A stretch of DNA of 64,000 bases from an uncultured Bacteroidota bacterium (GCA_937127285.1 CAKZLV010000055.1:159-64158), one strand, 5' to 3'; positions 1 through 9,173 are shown, counted from the stretch's first letter. The notes: a model not told the origin generated them from the letters alone. Numbers and translations: made by a program.

Positions 1-219
1 GCGGCAGACGCGCGGGCGAGGAAGGCTGACGCCCCCTCAGGCTGACGCCCTCTCCTCTCTTGTCCGAAGAGTCCGGGCCCGGAGAGAGAGTCCGGGGAGA
101 GTCCGGAGAGGGCCCGGAGACCGAAGGGCTGTCGTCCGGGAGCCTGTCGGCCGGGGCTATCGTAGGGGGCTATCATCCAGGGAAACGCCTTGCCCAGGGC
201 GAGAGCGTCAAGCGGTTGC

Positions 220-1071
220 TCAGCCGTCGTACGTCTGCACGCGACCGAAGAGATCGTGCGTCCCCCAGATGCCGCTGCGCAGGCACTCGAGCTGGACGAT
301 CTGGCTGTGGTCGACGAAGAGGTTTACATCCGGGCCGTAGTTCTGGACGTACCAGCTGAAGACGTGCGGGTCGGCCGCTTCGAACATGAGGTTCTCTTGG
401 CCGAGCTCGTCGATCATCTGCGCCGGGATCTCCGTCCGCATCTCCGGGACGTTCTCGGTGATGCCCTCACTCTCGATCATCACTTCGTGGACGCCTGCCT
501 CGAGGAAGCGCCGCGCCTGCGCGATGGCCTGGGCCGGATCCTGCTGGCCGATCTGCTCCAGCTCTTCGGTCGTCGTCGCCCCGCCGCCGGCTCCGAACTG
601 GATCCCGACCTCCGGCTTCGCCTTCAGGCCCGCCTCCTGAACGGTATCGATCAGGCGGAGCCAGTCCTCCGTCGGTAGCGTGATGAAGCCGGCCGAGATC
701 TCGACGACGTCGAACCCCAGACGGGCGCACTCGTCGACATACTGCTTCACGGCATCCTCGCCCTGTGTCAAGACGTACTCCATGAAGCCGCCGGTCGAGA
801 CCAGCACGTCGTGGTCGTGCGCGAGGTCGAGGAGCGATTGCACCGCTTCTTCCGGCATGAGACTGAACGATCCGCCGGCGAACTTCAGCCCGTCGACGTA
901 GTGGCCCATCGTCGACAGGACGTCCTCCAGGTAGTTCGGGCCCATGACGGAGTAGTACGGACCGCGGATTTCCGTCCGCCCGGTGTCGCGCGGCTTCTCG
1001 CCGCGGTCGTTCAGATCCAGAAACTGAAAGGCGCGGCGGGGGTCGCCTGTGTTGGGGGTCGGTTCGGTCAT
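220..1071 (-). CDS. comA: Phosphosulfolactate synthase (ComA family, PF02679-like)
   Basis: The ORF 220..1167 was trimmed to the ATG at 1071 (MTEPTPN...). It shows end-to-end resemblance to (2R)-phospho-3-sulfolactate synthase: LKFAGGS, GFDVVEISAG, ESEGI, and LMFEA...VNLF near the C-terminus. Confidence 0.8.
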   Translation of the reverse strand: MTEPTPNTGDPRRAFQFLDLNDRGEKPRDTGRTEIRGPYYSVMGPNYLEDVLSTMGHYVDGLKFAGGSFSLMPEEAVQSLLDLAHDHDVLVSTGGFMEYVLTQGEDAVKQYVDECARLGFDVVEISAGFITLPTEDWLRLIDTVQEAGLKAKPEVGIQFGAGGGATTTEELEQIGQQDPAQAIAQARRFLEAGVHEVMIESEGITENVPEMRTEIPAQMIDELGQENLMFEAADPHVFSWYVQNYGPDVNLFVDHSQIVQLECLRSGIWGTHDLFGRVQTYDG

Positions 1072-1170
1072 CGGGGAAGCGAGTCGTTGTTCGCAGATAA
1101 GCGAAGAGGATCGAATGCACCGGTCGCAACCGGCCGCTCGGGGAAGGTCGTGAGTGCCCTCCCGCACGGC

Positions 1171-2532
1171 CTACCGTTCGACCGCAGCAAGGAGATCGGT
1201 CAGTTCGTGAACCGGGAGCGTCTCGAGTTCATCGACCGCGTCGACCATGTCGGACCGCAGCGCCGCATCGGTGTGGGGCTCGGCGAGGCGAGAAAACTTC
1301 TCCGCCACCGTGTCCCACGCCATCGGGTTGGTGTGGAAGCCCTCGAAATCCTCGCGGTGCGTGCCGTACACGGTGTCGCCCACGTGGATGCGGACGTCGC
1401 ACGGCATCTTATCGGGAAAGGCCGCGCTGTAGTCCTCGTTCTCGCGAATCTCGACTTTCTGCAAGAGGCTCTGCACGTCGTCCGCCGCAATCCGGTCGGA
1501 GGCGTACTGTGCAGGAAGCACCTGGTCGTCCAGCAGCGCGACGGCCGTCATGTACGGCAGGCTGTGGTCGGCCTCTTCCTTCTCGCGAACGACGGTCTTG
1601 TCGCCCTCTTCCCCGCCGCCGATGATGTGATAGGCGACGTCGAAGGTATCGATCTCGATCCGGTCGATGGCGTGAGGGTCGATGCCCTCCTCCCGCTTGA
1701 TGGCGAGGGCGGCCTCGAGGGTCGACTGCGAGTGAAACTCGGCGTTGTACTTCTTGATGCTCGTACGGGTCACGCGCTCGAGGTCCTCGGCCGACCAGTC
1801 CAGGTCGAACTCACCGGCGATCGAGTGCATGTAGCCCTTGTTGCCCTCGAACACCTCGGGCGGACCCGTGATGCCGCGCCGGGCGAGAAAGGTGGAGTGC
1901 GTGGCCGTGAAGCCGGTCTCCGGATACGCCAGTCCCTTCCAGTTGGAAAGAGCACCGGTGCGCGTGACGCGCAGGGCGTTGTGCGCCGTGCCGCTAATCG
2001 CCACCGCATTGGCCGTCTGCTCCGGCGAAAGATCGAGGGCCTTGCTTGCCCCGGCCGCAGCGGCGTACTGCCCCTCCACGGTGTGGTCGAAGCCGTGATC
2101 GCGCACCGGCGCCTCGTCGCTGAGGCGGCACTGCACCTGGTACGCAACCGCCAGCGCCTCGAGGAGCGCCCGGCCATCTGCATCCGCGTATTCGGCCGTC
2201 GCCAGTACCGTCCCCAGGTTGTCGCTCGGGTGACACGTCTCTCCTTCCGCCAGGTAGCTGTCGTTGAAGTCGAGGTACCGGACGAGGAAGCTGTTGTAGA
2301 GCGCGGCCCGATCGGGAGAAGCGCCGCCGCCTCCGATCAGCGTTGCCGGGCCGTCGCCGTCGAACTCGTCGACGTGAGCGCGCACGCGGCGAACCGGCTC
2401 AGCATCCATCGCACCGATCGCGCACCCGAGCGAGTCGAGCACCCGGGCCTTGAGCTGCGCCTCGGCCTCGGCGGAGAGATCCGCGTAGGAGGCCTCGCTG
2501 ACAAATTCCGCCAGGTCGTGGACGAGAGCCAT
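1171..2532 (-). CDS. MmgE/PrpD family protein (2-methylcitrate dehydratase-like)
   Basis: This 453-aa ORF has the typical PrpD-family N-terminus (FVSEASYADLSAEA...KARVLDSLGCAIGA) and conserved blocks (HPSDN, FDHT, GTAHNALRVTR). Substrate specificity cannot be inferred. Confidence 0.85.
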   Translation of the reverse strand: MALVHDLAEFVSEASYADLSAEAEAQLKARVLDSLGCAIGAMDAEPVRRVRAHVDEFDGDGPATLIGGGGASPDRAALYNSFLVRYLDFNDSYLAEGETCHPSDNLGTVLATAEYADADGRALLEALAVAYQVQCRLSDEAPVRDHGFDHTVEGQYAAAAGASKALDLSPEQTANAVAISGTAHNALRVTRTGALSNWKGLAYPETGFTATHSTFLARRGITGPPEVFEGNKGYMHSIAGEFDLDWSAEDLERVTRTSIKKYNAEFHSQSTLEAALAIKREEGIDPHAIDRIEIDTFDVAYHIIGGGEEGDKTVVREKEEADHSLPYMTAVALLDDQVLPAQYASDRIAADDVQSLLQKVEIRENEDYSAAFPDKMPCDVRIHVGDTVYGTHREDFEGFHTNPMAWDTVAEKFSRLAEPHTDAALRSDMVDAVDELETLPVHELTDLLAAVER

Positions 2533-2555
2533 AAAACAGTCAAGCGGTTATTCGA

Positions 2556-2613
2556 AAGTCGGTTGGTGGAAGGTCGGTTGGTGAAGCGCTGGTTGGTGGA
2601 AGGTCGGTTGGTC
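2556..2613. repeat. Degenerate tandem repeat, 4 copies of a ~14-16 nt unit (AAGGTCGGTTGGTG)
   Basis: Read directly from the sequence, in the spacer upstream of the PrpD-like gene. Confidence 0.8.
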
Positions 2614-2981
2614 GGAGAGGGGTCGATCGCCGCACGTCGCTCGCGGCAGGATGCTCGCAGGAAGAGCGATCGAGAAACCGTCGCCCGGAAGAGACCCCGC
2701 AGCCGCAACCGGACCGCCTCGCCCCGCCGGCAGACCATGGGGGACGGCGGACGGTGCGGTCGCGTTCGTTGACGACGCCCCTCGTCCAATGCCACCCGAA
2801 GGTCTGCCGTCCTGCTGTTTTTCGTAACCGGCTTTTCTGCAGGTGGGTTGCCTCATTAAAGACAACGTTGCATTTTATCCGCCCAGGCGTGTCTCCGCAC
2901 CGGCGCGTGTCAAAACGGCCGGGTGCGGGGGGCGCGGCCGGGTGCGGGGGCAAGCGCGGGGCGTTGGGTCGGCGGAGCGGT

Positions 2982-3752
2982 CTACGCCGAGAGTTGACGC
3001 CGCACCTGAGGGCTGAGGCCTTCTGCCAGAAAGCGGTAGAGGCGGTTTTTCGTCTTCCGGAGTCGCCGGTATGCCTGCTTCAGATTCAGGATGAGCGTGA
3101 TGCGGCGGTGCAGGCAGTCCATTTCTCCCATCTCGTGCGTCGCCACCGGCCGGAAGCCAAGCACGCGCGTGTGGAAGTTGTAGGGGCTGTGCTCTTCCCC
3201 CTCGAACACGTCGGTGACGTAATGCGAGTAGCCGCGCTCGAGCGTATCCACCCCGGCCATGCGCATCAACCAGAAGACCACTCGGATGCGGTGCCGGTAC
3301 GCCGGCAGCACGGCAAAGCGCCCGATCTCCGCGATGTCGTTGTCACGGATGAACGCATCGACGCCAGCGCCGCCGAAGGACGGCGAGCCATCGGAATGAC
3401 CGTCTCCGGAATGACCGTCTCCGGAATGACCGTCTCCACCGAGGGATTCGAGTCCGTACTCCTGATACCGGTGCAGCGGAGGGGCGTAGTGGATGCGGAC
3501 GACGCCGGCCGGTTCGTCATCCACGGTGGCGACGATCCAGGTCACGGCGTCGTCGCTCAGGTCGCCGGCCGGAAACACGTCGCGGGCCGAGTCCACCCAC
3601 TGTTTTTCTTGCGCATAGGTTGTGGACAGGACGGTATGCGCCAGGTCTCGGTGGTGGCTGGTGGTGGCGCGAAACGCGGTCGTATCGGAACGGAGCATCG
3701 GCTCGGGAAGGAGAGGTCCGAAAGGCAGCGAGACGGGACGGCAAAGCAACAC
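2982..3752 (-). CDS. GNAT-type N-acyl amino acid synthase-like protein (OlsB/GlsB/FeeM-like)
   Basis: The 256-aa ORF has an alternative ATG at 3698 (MLRSDTT). The acyl-CoA N-acyltransferase-like core (AEIGRFAVLPAYR) resembles lyso-aminolipid synthases. It lies 15 nt downstream of a PlsC-like gene on the same strand and contains an in-frame (GDGHS)x3 insert. Confidence 0.6.
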   Translation of the reverse strand: MLLCRPVSLPFGPLLPEPMLRSDTTAFRATTSHHRDLAHTVLSTTYAQEKQWVDSARDVFPAGDLSDDAVTWIVATVDDEPAGVVRIHYAPPLHRYQEYGLESLGGDGHSGDGHSGDGHSDGSPSFGGAGVDAFIRDNDIAEIGRFAVLPAYRHRIRVVFWLMRMAGVDTLERGYSHYVTDVFEGEEHSPYNFHTRVLGFRPVATHEMGEMDCLHRRITLILNLKQAYRRLRKTKNRLYRFLAEGLSPQVRRQLSA

Positions 3753-3766
3753 GGCGGGGCGGCGCG

Positions 3767-4537
3767 CTACGAGGCAAAAGCGGGGGCGGGACGCACCCGG
3801 TCCGCCTCCCAGGTCGTACCCGAAAGGCGGGCGATGGACTGCATGAGGCAGCGGTGCAGGGTCTTCACGTCGTCGTGGGCCTGCGGTGCGATGGGCTCGC
3901 CCACGTGAACCGACAACGGCTCCCGGTCGGAGATCGGCGCACCGGGGTCGGTGTGATCCGGGAAGCGGATGCCGATGGGCAGGACGGGGGTGCGGGACTC
4001 ATGAGCGAGCCGGGCCGCCCCGCGGCGTCCGCGCAGCAGGCGGGTCGGGTCGCGGTGGGTGGTTCCCTCCACGAAGATCCCTACGGGTCTTCCGTCGTCG
4101 AGGCAGCGACGGGCGAGCGGATAGCCGTTGGGCGACGGGGCCAGCACCGTCCGTAGCGGCGTGAGGAAGCGCGGCCGCGCCGGCTTGGTGGCCACCGGAA
4201 TCACGCGAGCACAGCGGTACAAGAGGTAGACCGGCGGCAGCAGCATGAAATTCCAGTCGGCCAGAAACCGGATGATGCGACCACCGCGCAGCCAGGCGAG
4301 AAGCGCCGGAACCAGAAAAGCTTCCGTTCGCTGGCTATGGTTCAGCGCGGCGACGAACGGACCGTCAAGGCTCCGGAGTCGGTCGGCGCCCTCGACCGAG
4401 CGCACGCGGTGGCCGAGCGCCCAGACGGTTGCCCGAATAACCCATCGGGTGGACCGGCGGTCAGGTGGGTGCCGATACGAAGCCGTGAGGACGGAAGACA
4501 GATCCACGCGGGGGCGTCCAGTCGGTGACCGGGACAT
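3767..4537 (-). CDS. Lysophospholipid / 1-acyl-sn-glycerol-3-phosphate acyltransferase family protein (PlsC/OlsA-like)
   Basis: It has the acyltransferase motifs NHSQRTE (the NHxxxxD/E block), FVEGTT (the FPEGTR block) and VLPIGIRF. Confidence 0.7.
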   Translation of the reverse strand: MSRSPTGRPRVDLSSVLTASYRHPPDRRSTRWVIRATVWALGHRVRSVEGADRLRSLDGPFVAALNHSQRTEAFLVPALLAWLRGGRIIRFLADWNFMLLPPVYLLYRCARVIPVATKPARPRFLTPLRTVLAPSPNGYPLARRCLDDGRPVGIFVEGTTHRDPTRLLRGRRGAARLAHESRTPVLPIGIRFPDHTDPGAPISDREPLSVHVGEPIAPQAHDDVKTLHRCLMQSIARLSGTTWEADRVRPAPAFAS

Positions 4538-4739
4538 GCACCTCTGTAAATAGACGACACTTCTCCGGAAACCATTATCCGAACCGTTACCCCATCATTT
4601 TAAAACCGTTATCCAACCGTAAGCATGAGTTTACGTCGTCGGGCGCGCGCATTCGTACGCTGTCGGTGAACGGTTGACGGGCCGCCCCTGGCCGCGCCCT
4701 TCCGCCCCTTCCTCTTCTGCCGACGGCTCCCTCGCCTGC

Positions 4740-5378
4740 ATGGACCTTCCGACGATTCTCGACTGGGTGACGGACTACGCCGTGCTCATCGTGTTTGCAT
4801 GGCTGGCCCTCGAAAACACCTTGTTCCTCGGGTTTATCGCCCCGGGCCTGACGGTGCTGGTCGTCGTCGGTCTTCTCATTCAGACGGGGGATGTCCGGCC
4901 CGTCCCCGTTCTCCTGGCCGCGCTGGCTGGCACGTATCTGGGAGACAACGTGAACTATCTCGTCGGGAGGTGGGGGTTGCGACGATTTGGGTGGATCCGC
5001 CGGATTCTGGACGACAACGACGACGCCCGCCGCTTTATCGACCGCTACCCACGCGTTATCTACATCTTCTTTCACTTTCCCGTCTACCTGCGCACCGCGT
5101 TTCCGCTGACGCTGGGATCGATGCGCTACCCGTTTCGCACCTGGCTGTGGATCGACCTCGCAGCCGCTCCCCTCTTCGTAGCCGCCTTCACCGGCCTGGG
5201 GTACGGGCTGGCCCGGTACGTCCTGCAGGTTAACGACCTGGTGACGGCCGTCCGGGAGGTTGCCCGCACGGGCAACGGGATCATTCTCGTGTTCTCTCTT
5301 CTGTTTGCCTACGGAACGCTCAAGTTCGTCCGCCTCCTGTGGCGAAGCGCTCGCCGGGAGCCGGATTCGCGGCAGTAG
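4740..5378 (+). CDS. DedA/SNARE-associated family membrane protein
   Basis: The ORF was trimmed to MDLPTILDW. It has multiple hydrophobic helices and a DedA-like LENTLFLGFIAPG...YLGDNVNYLVGRW block. Confidence 0.8.
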   Translation: MDLPTILDWVTDYAVLIVFAWLALENTLFLGFIAPGLTVLVVVGLLIQTGDVRPVPVLLAALAGTYLGDNVNYLVGRWGLRRFGWIRRILDDNDDARRFIDRYPRVIYIFFHFPVYLRTAFPLTLGSMRYPFRTWLWIDLAAAPLFVAAFTGLGYGLARYVLQVNDLVTAVREVARTGNGIILVFSLLFAYGTLKFVRLLWRSARREPDSRQ

Positions 5379-5420
5379 CCCCACCGCCTGCCTGCCCCCC
5401 CCGGCGGCGCCCGCCCGCAC

Positions 5421-5483
5421 ACGCCCTTCCCGAGACGCCCTTCCCGAGACGCCCTTCCCGAGACGCCCTTCCCGAGACGCCCC
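5421..5483. repeat. Tandem repeat, 14-nt unit ACGCCCTTCCCGAG x4.5
   Basis: Four perfect copies lie at 5421-5476 with a partial fifth. The array is intergenic, between the DedA gene and the response regulator. Confidence 0.95.
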
Positions 5484-5704
5484 AACGGGCCGGGGGCTGT
5501 GGAGAGCGTCATTTCAACCGCTCTCCACGACGAACACAGCAAAATTTGGCCGCCGCCCCGGATCACGCTGCGGCGTTGCAGGTTACGCTGTTGTCACAAT
5601 CGAATGTACCAAGTTCGGTGTGCATCTCCTACATAGTAACGAACCTGTTTTCTAATCGTCACAGGTCGCTTCGCTCCGCTCTCACGACGCCCCCGTACCG
5701 ATAT

Positions 5705-6424
5705 ATGAATCCCTCCCGAAATCATTCGACGGAGACGCAAAACGCGCGGATCCTGATCGTAGAGGACGACCCGGAGGTCGGTGATGGACTGGAGGATTTC
5801 TTTTCGATCAAGGGATACAGCGTCTCGCGCGCTGCCGACGGCGAAACGGCCCTGCAGGAAATCACCACCTTGCCGCCGTACGACGTCGTTCTGCTCGACG
5901 TGGTGCTTCCCGAAAAGGACGGCTTCGAGATCCTGCGGGAGGCGCGAAAGGCGGGCGTCGACTCGCCTGTGATTATCCTGACCGTAAAGGGACAGGACAA
6001 GCACAAGCTGCGCGGCTTCGACCTGGGGGCCGACGACTACGTCACGAAGCCGTTCAACGCCGAGGAGCTGGCCGCTCGCGTCCGGGCGGTCCTGAAGCGC
6101 AGCCGCGACGAGGACGATGACGGCAACACATACTCCTTCGGCGACATTACCGTCGACTTTACGAGTCACACCGCCGAGAAAACCGGGGACGACGTCGAGT
6201 TCACCACCCTCGAGTTCGACATCCTGGAGTATTTTATCAACCACCGAGGCCGCACGGTAAGCCGCAAGCAACTCCTGCGAGACGTGTGGGGCATCAGCGG
6301 CGACATCACCACGCGCACGATCGACCGCCACGTCGCCAGCCTCCGCAAGAAGATCGAGACCGATCCCACCGACCCCGAATACATCGAAACCGTGTACGGG
6401 ATCGGGTACAAGTTTACGGGGTGA
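5705..6424 (+). CDS. OmpR/PhoB-family two-component response regulator
   Basis: The receiver domain shows ILIVEDD...VLLDVVLPEKDG...TVKG. The winged-helix output domain shows LTTLEFDILEYF, RTIDRHVASLRKKIE and IETVYGIGYKF. Confidence 0.9.
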   Translation: MNPSRNHSTETQNARILIVEDDPEVGDGLEDFFSIKGYSVSRAADGETALQEITTLPPYDVVLLDVVLPEKDGFEILREARKAGVDSPVIILTVKGQDKHKLRGFDLGADDYVTKPFNAEELAARVRAVLKRSRDEDDDGNTYSFGDITVDFTSHTAEKTGDDVEFTTLEFDILEYFINHRGRTVSRKQLLRDVWGISGDITTRTIDRHVASLRKKIETDPTDPEYIETVYGIGYKFTG

Positions 6425-6581
6425 GGAATGTGGGGGCTGGGGAGGCTTGGGGGCTTTGGACGCTGCGGACGCTTGGGACTCCATTTCTCAATGATCATTG
6501 AGCATTGAACATTGAGCATTGGGCGTGGATCAACGCTCCCCCAACTCTCAACCCTCAACCCTCAACCCACAACTCATCCCC

Positions 6582-8000
6582 ATGCCCACCGTCCAACGCG
6601 GCGACGTCGTCGAGCTGCAAGTTGAGAAGTTTGCCGACGAAGGGAAAAGCCTCGCCCGCGTCGACGGATACGTCGTCTTTGTCGACGGCGCCGTGCCGGG
6701 CGACCGCATCCAGGCGTACATTCACCGCACCAAGAGCAACTACGCCGAGGCCAAACTCGATACCCTCCTCGAACCGAGCGATCTCCGCACGGAACCCCGC
6801 TGCCGCTACGCCGACGAATGCGGCGGCTGCAAGTGGCAGCACGTGCGCTACGACGCGCAGCTCGACAAGAAGCAGCAGAGCGTCGCCGAGGCCTTTCGCC
6901 ACCACAGTGACTTCGAGGAGGTGGACGTGCGGCCGACGATCGGATCCGACCGGCCGCCGTTCTACTACCGCAACAAAATGGATTTCGATTTCAGCGCCGA
7001 CCGGTGGCTGACGCGCGCGGAAATCGACAGCGGGAAGGACTTCGATACCGACTTCGCGCTCGGCCTGCACGTCCCGGGCAATTTCTTCAAGGTGCTCGAC
7101 CTGCAGGAATGCCACCTGCAGTCGGAACTCTCCGCCCGGATCGTGAACGCGACGCGCGACTTCGCGAAGGAGCGCGGCTGGAAGGCGTGGGACATCCGCA
7201 ACCACCACGGCTTCCTCCGCCACCTCGTCATCCGGGAGGGCAAGAAGACCGGGGACGTGATGGTGAACCTCGTCACGAACGGCTACGATGACGCCCGCCT
7301 CGAGGCCTACGGCGCGTTTCTGAAAGCGGAATTTCCGGAGGTCACCACCTACGTCCACACCAACCACACCGGCAAGAGCCAAAACCCCGAAGGCGAGGAG
7401 ACGGTCCTCTTCGGGCCGGGCGTGATCGAGGACGAGATCGGCGACTACCGCTTCGAGATCAGCCCGAGCGCGTTCTTTCAGACGAACACCCTGCAGGCCG
7501 AACGGCTCTACGAGGTGGCCCGCGACTTCGCCGACTTCCAGCCCTCTGATCGCCTCTACGACCTCTACTGCGGCGCCGGCACGATCTCTCTCTTCATGAG
7601 CGGGTACGTGGACGAGGTCGTCGGCGTCGAAATGGTCGAACCCGCCGTCGAGAACGCCCGCGCGAACGCGAAGAAAAACGGGGTCGACAACGCGACGTTC
7701 GTGGCCGGAGACCTCAAGGACGTGTTCACCCCCGCCTTTGTGGAGGCGCACGGCGAACCGGACGTCCTGATCGTGGACCCGCCCCGCGCCGGAATGCACA
7801 AGGACGTCGTCGGACAAATCGCCGACCTGTCGCCGGAGCGCTTCGTCTATGTGAGCTGCAACCCGCAGACGCAGGTCCGCGACCTCGACCGTCTCAACAC
7901 CCTCACCAGCGGCGGCTACCGCATCGACGCCGTCCAGCCCGTCGACATGTTTCCCCACACCCCCCATGTCGAAAACGTCGTGCGCCTCACACGGGTGTAA
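6582..8000 (+). CDS. rlmD: 23S rRNA (uracil-5-)-methyltransferase, RlmD/RumA type
   Basis: It has an N-terminal TRAM domain, the Fe-S cysteines CRYADECGGCKWQH, and a SAM methyltransferase core (DLYCGAGT, VDPPRAG, YVSCNP). Confidence 0.85.
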   Translation: MPTVQRGDVVELQVEKFADEGKSLARVDGYVVFVDGAVPGDRIQAYIHRTKSNYAEAKLDTLLEPSDLRTEPRCRYADECGGCKWQHVRYDAQLDKKQQSVAEAFRHHSDFEEVDVRPTIGSDRPPFYYRNKMDFDFSADRWLTRAEIDSGKDFDTDFALGLHVPGNFFKVLDLQECHLQSELSARIVNATRDFAKERGWKAWDIRNHHGFLRHLVIREGKKTGDVMVNLVTNGYDDARLEAYGAFLKAEFPEVTTYVHTNHTGKSQNPEGEETVLFGPGVIEDEIGDYRFEISPSAFFQTNTLQAERLYEVARDFADFQPSDRLYDLYCGAGTISLFMSGYVDEVVGVEMVEPAVENARANAKKNGVDNATFVAGDLKDVFTPAFVEAHGEPDVLIVDPPRAGMHKDVVGQIADLSPERFVYVSCNPQTQVRDLDRLNTLTSGGYRIDAVQPVDMFPHTPHVENVVRLTRV

Positions 8001-8057
8001 ATCGGACGCTTATCCCGATCGTCTGCGTCGATTCGAGGACAAGACCCCCGCCCGCAC

Positions 8058-8519
8058 TCACTCCTCTTTCGGCCAGGCAGTGTCCTCGGGGAGATCCGCG
8101 CCGGGCGGTTGAAGGACAAGTTCGTCCGGGAGTTCGTTCACCTGCTCGTCCGGGTTGACGACGGCGACGATCGGCAGGGCGAGGGCGGTGAAGAACTTGC
8201 CCATCGCCGCAATCAAAAACTCCTGCTGCAGCTCCACCATGTCCTCGGTGAGCCGGTCGTCGTCGCGCACGTGCCCGTCGATGTCCAGATACAGGACCCG
8301 CGGCCACCCCGGAAAGCGCTCCTGGCTCTCCTTCAACAGATCGAAGAGGTCGTGGGCCGCCTCTTCGAACCCGTCTTCCTCTTCGACCACGTGATAGATC
8401 GACACCGTGTTGTCGAAGTTCATGTGGATGCCGGGGGCGTCCGGCTTGTTGTATTCCGGCACGAAGTCCGGCATCTCCTGACCCTGATTCTGCGGCTCGG
8501 CCATGGGGCGTCGGGGCAA
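8058..8519 (-). CDS. Hypothetical acidic protein
   Basis: This 153-aa ORF has natural-looking, strongly acidic composition with no recognisable motif. An alternative start is at MAEPQ (8504). Confidence 0.5.
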   Translation of the reverse strand: MPRRPMAEPQNQGQEMPDFVPEYNKPDAPGIHMNFDNTVSIYHVVEEEDGFEEAAHDLFDLLKESQERFPGWPRVLYLDIDGHVRDDDRLTEDMVELQQEFLIAAMGKFFTALALPIVAVVNPDEQVNELPDELVLQPPGADLPEDTAWPKEE

Positions 8520-8820
8520 TGAATGGGCGTGCGTCGACAGGTCGCGGATCGGTCGCCGATGACCTTCCTGCCGTGGATCCTGCCGTGGATCCTGTATCGA
8601 ATCCTGGTCGGAGGCCCGCGACGGACACCGGTGGCTGGAGAACGGAATCGACGACCGTCCGTCTCATCGGAGCGCTTCAATGCATCCCGTCGCCGGAGGT
8701 TCATGACCCGTCTCCCACCCTCCGGGTTTATCGGGTGCATGCGAGGACGATGGTACGGGGGGCGACGCCGCGTCTGCCATATAGACGCACGATGCATCGT
8801 GCGTCCACGTGACCCCGGTT

Positions 8821-9173
8821 CGGGCATTGGGCCCATCCATGCGTGATTCCCGGTCCGCGGGCATCGTGCACCTCGATACGATTCCATGCCCTCGTTCCGG
8901 GCATGGGGCATGCCGATGCGATTCCATAATCCCACCCCGGGCATGCCGATGCGACATTCCCATGATCCCGGTTCGGGCATGGGGCATGCCCATGTGATTC
9001 CATGACCCCATTCCGGGCATGGGGCACGCCGATGCGATTCCATGCCCCCACCCCGGGCATGGGGCACGCCGATGCAACATTCCCATGAGAGGGGCACGAC
9101 GCGTCGTGCCCCTCTCATTGTCGTGCCCCTTCCATCGCGGTGCCCCTTCCATCGCGGTGCCCCTCTCATACGC
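8821..9173. repeat. Composite repeat region: ~40-bp-period minisatellite (7 copies), a 34-nt perfect palindrome, and a 17-nt x3 tandem repeat
   Basis: CGGGCAT anchors occur at 8821, 8858, 8898, 8938, 8974, 9014 and 9054. The palindrome ATGAGAGGGGCACGACG|CGTCGTGCCCCTCTCAT spans 9085-9118. GTGCCCCTTCCATCGCG repeats at 9123, 9140 and 9157. Confidence 0.9.

Noticed and set aside
811-2772. 653-aa plus-strand ORF
   Set aside because: It is antisense to the comA and PrpD-like genes, which have clear family signatures. It has no motifs and an Arg/Gly/Val-rich composition.
8821-9090. Possible CRISPR array
   Set aside because: The period is only ~40 bp, with ~28-nt conserved cores and ~10-12-nt variable parts, so the spacers are far too short. 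The copies are degenerate and there are no cas genes in the window.
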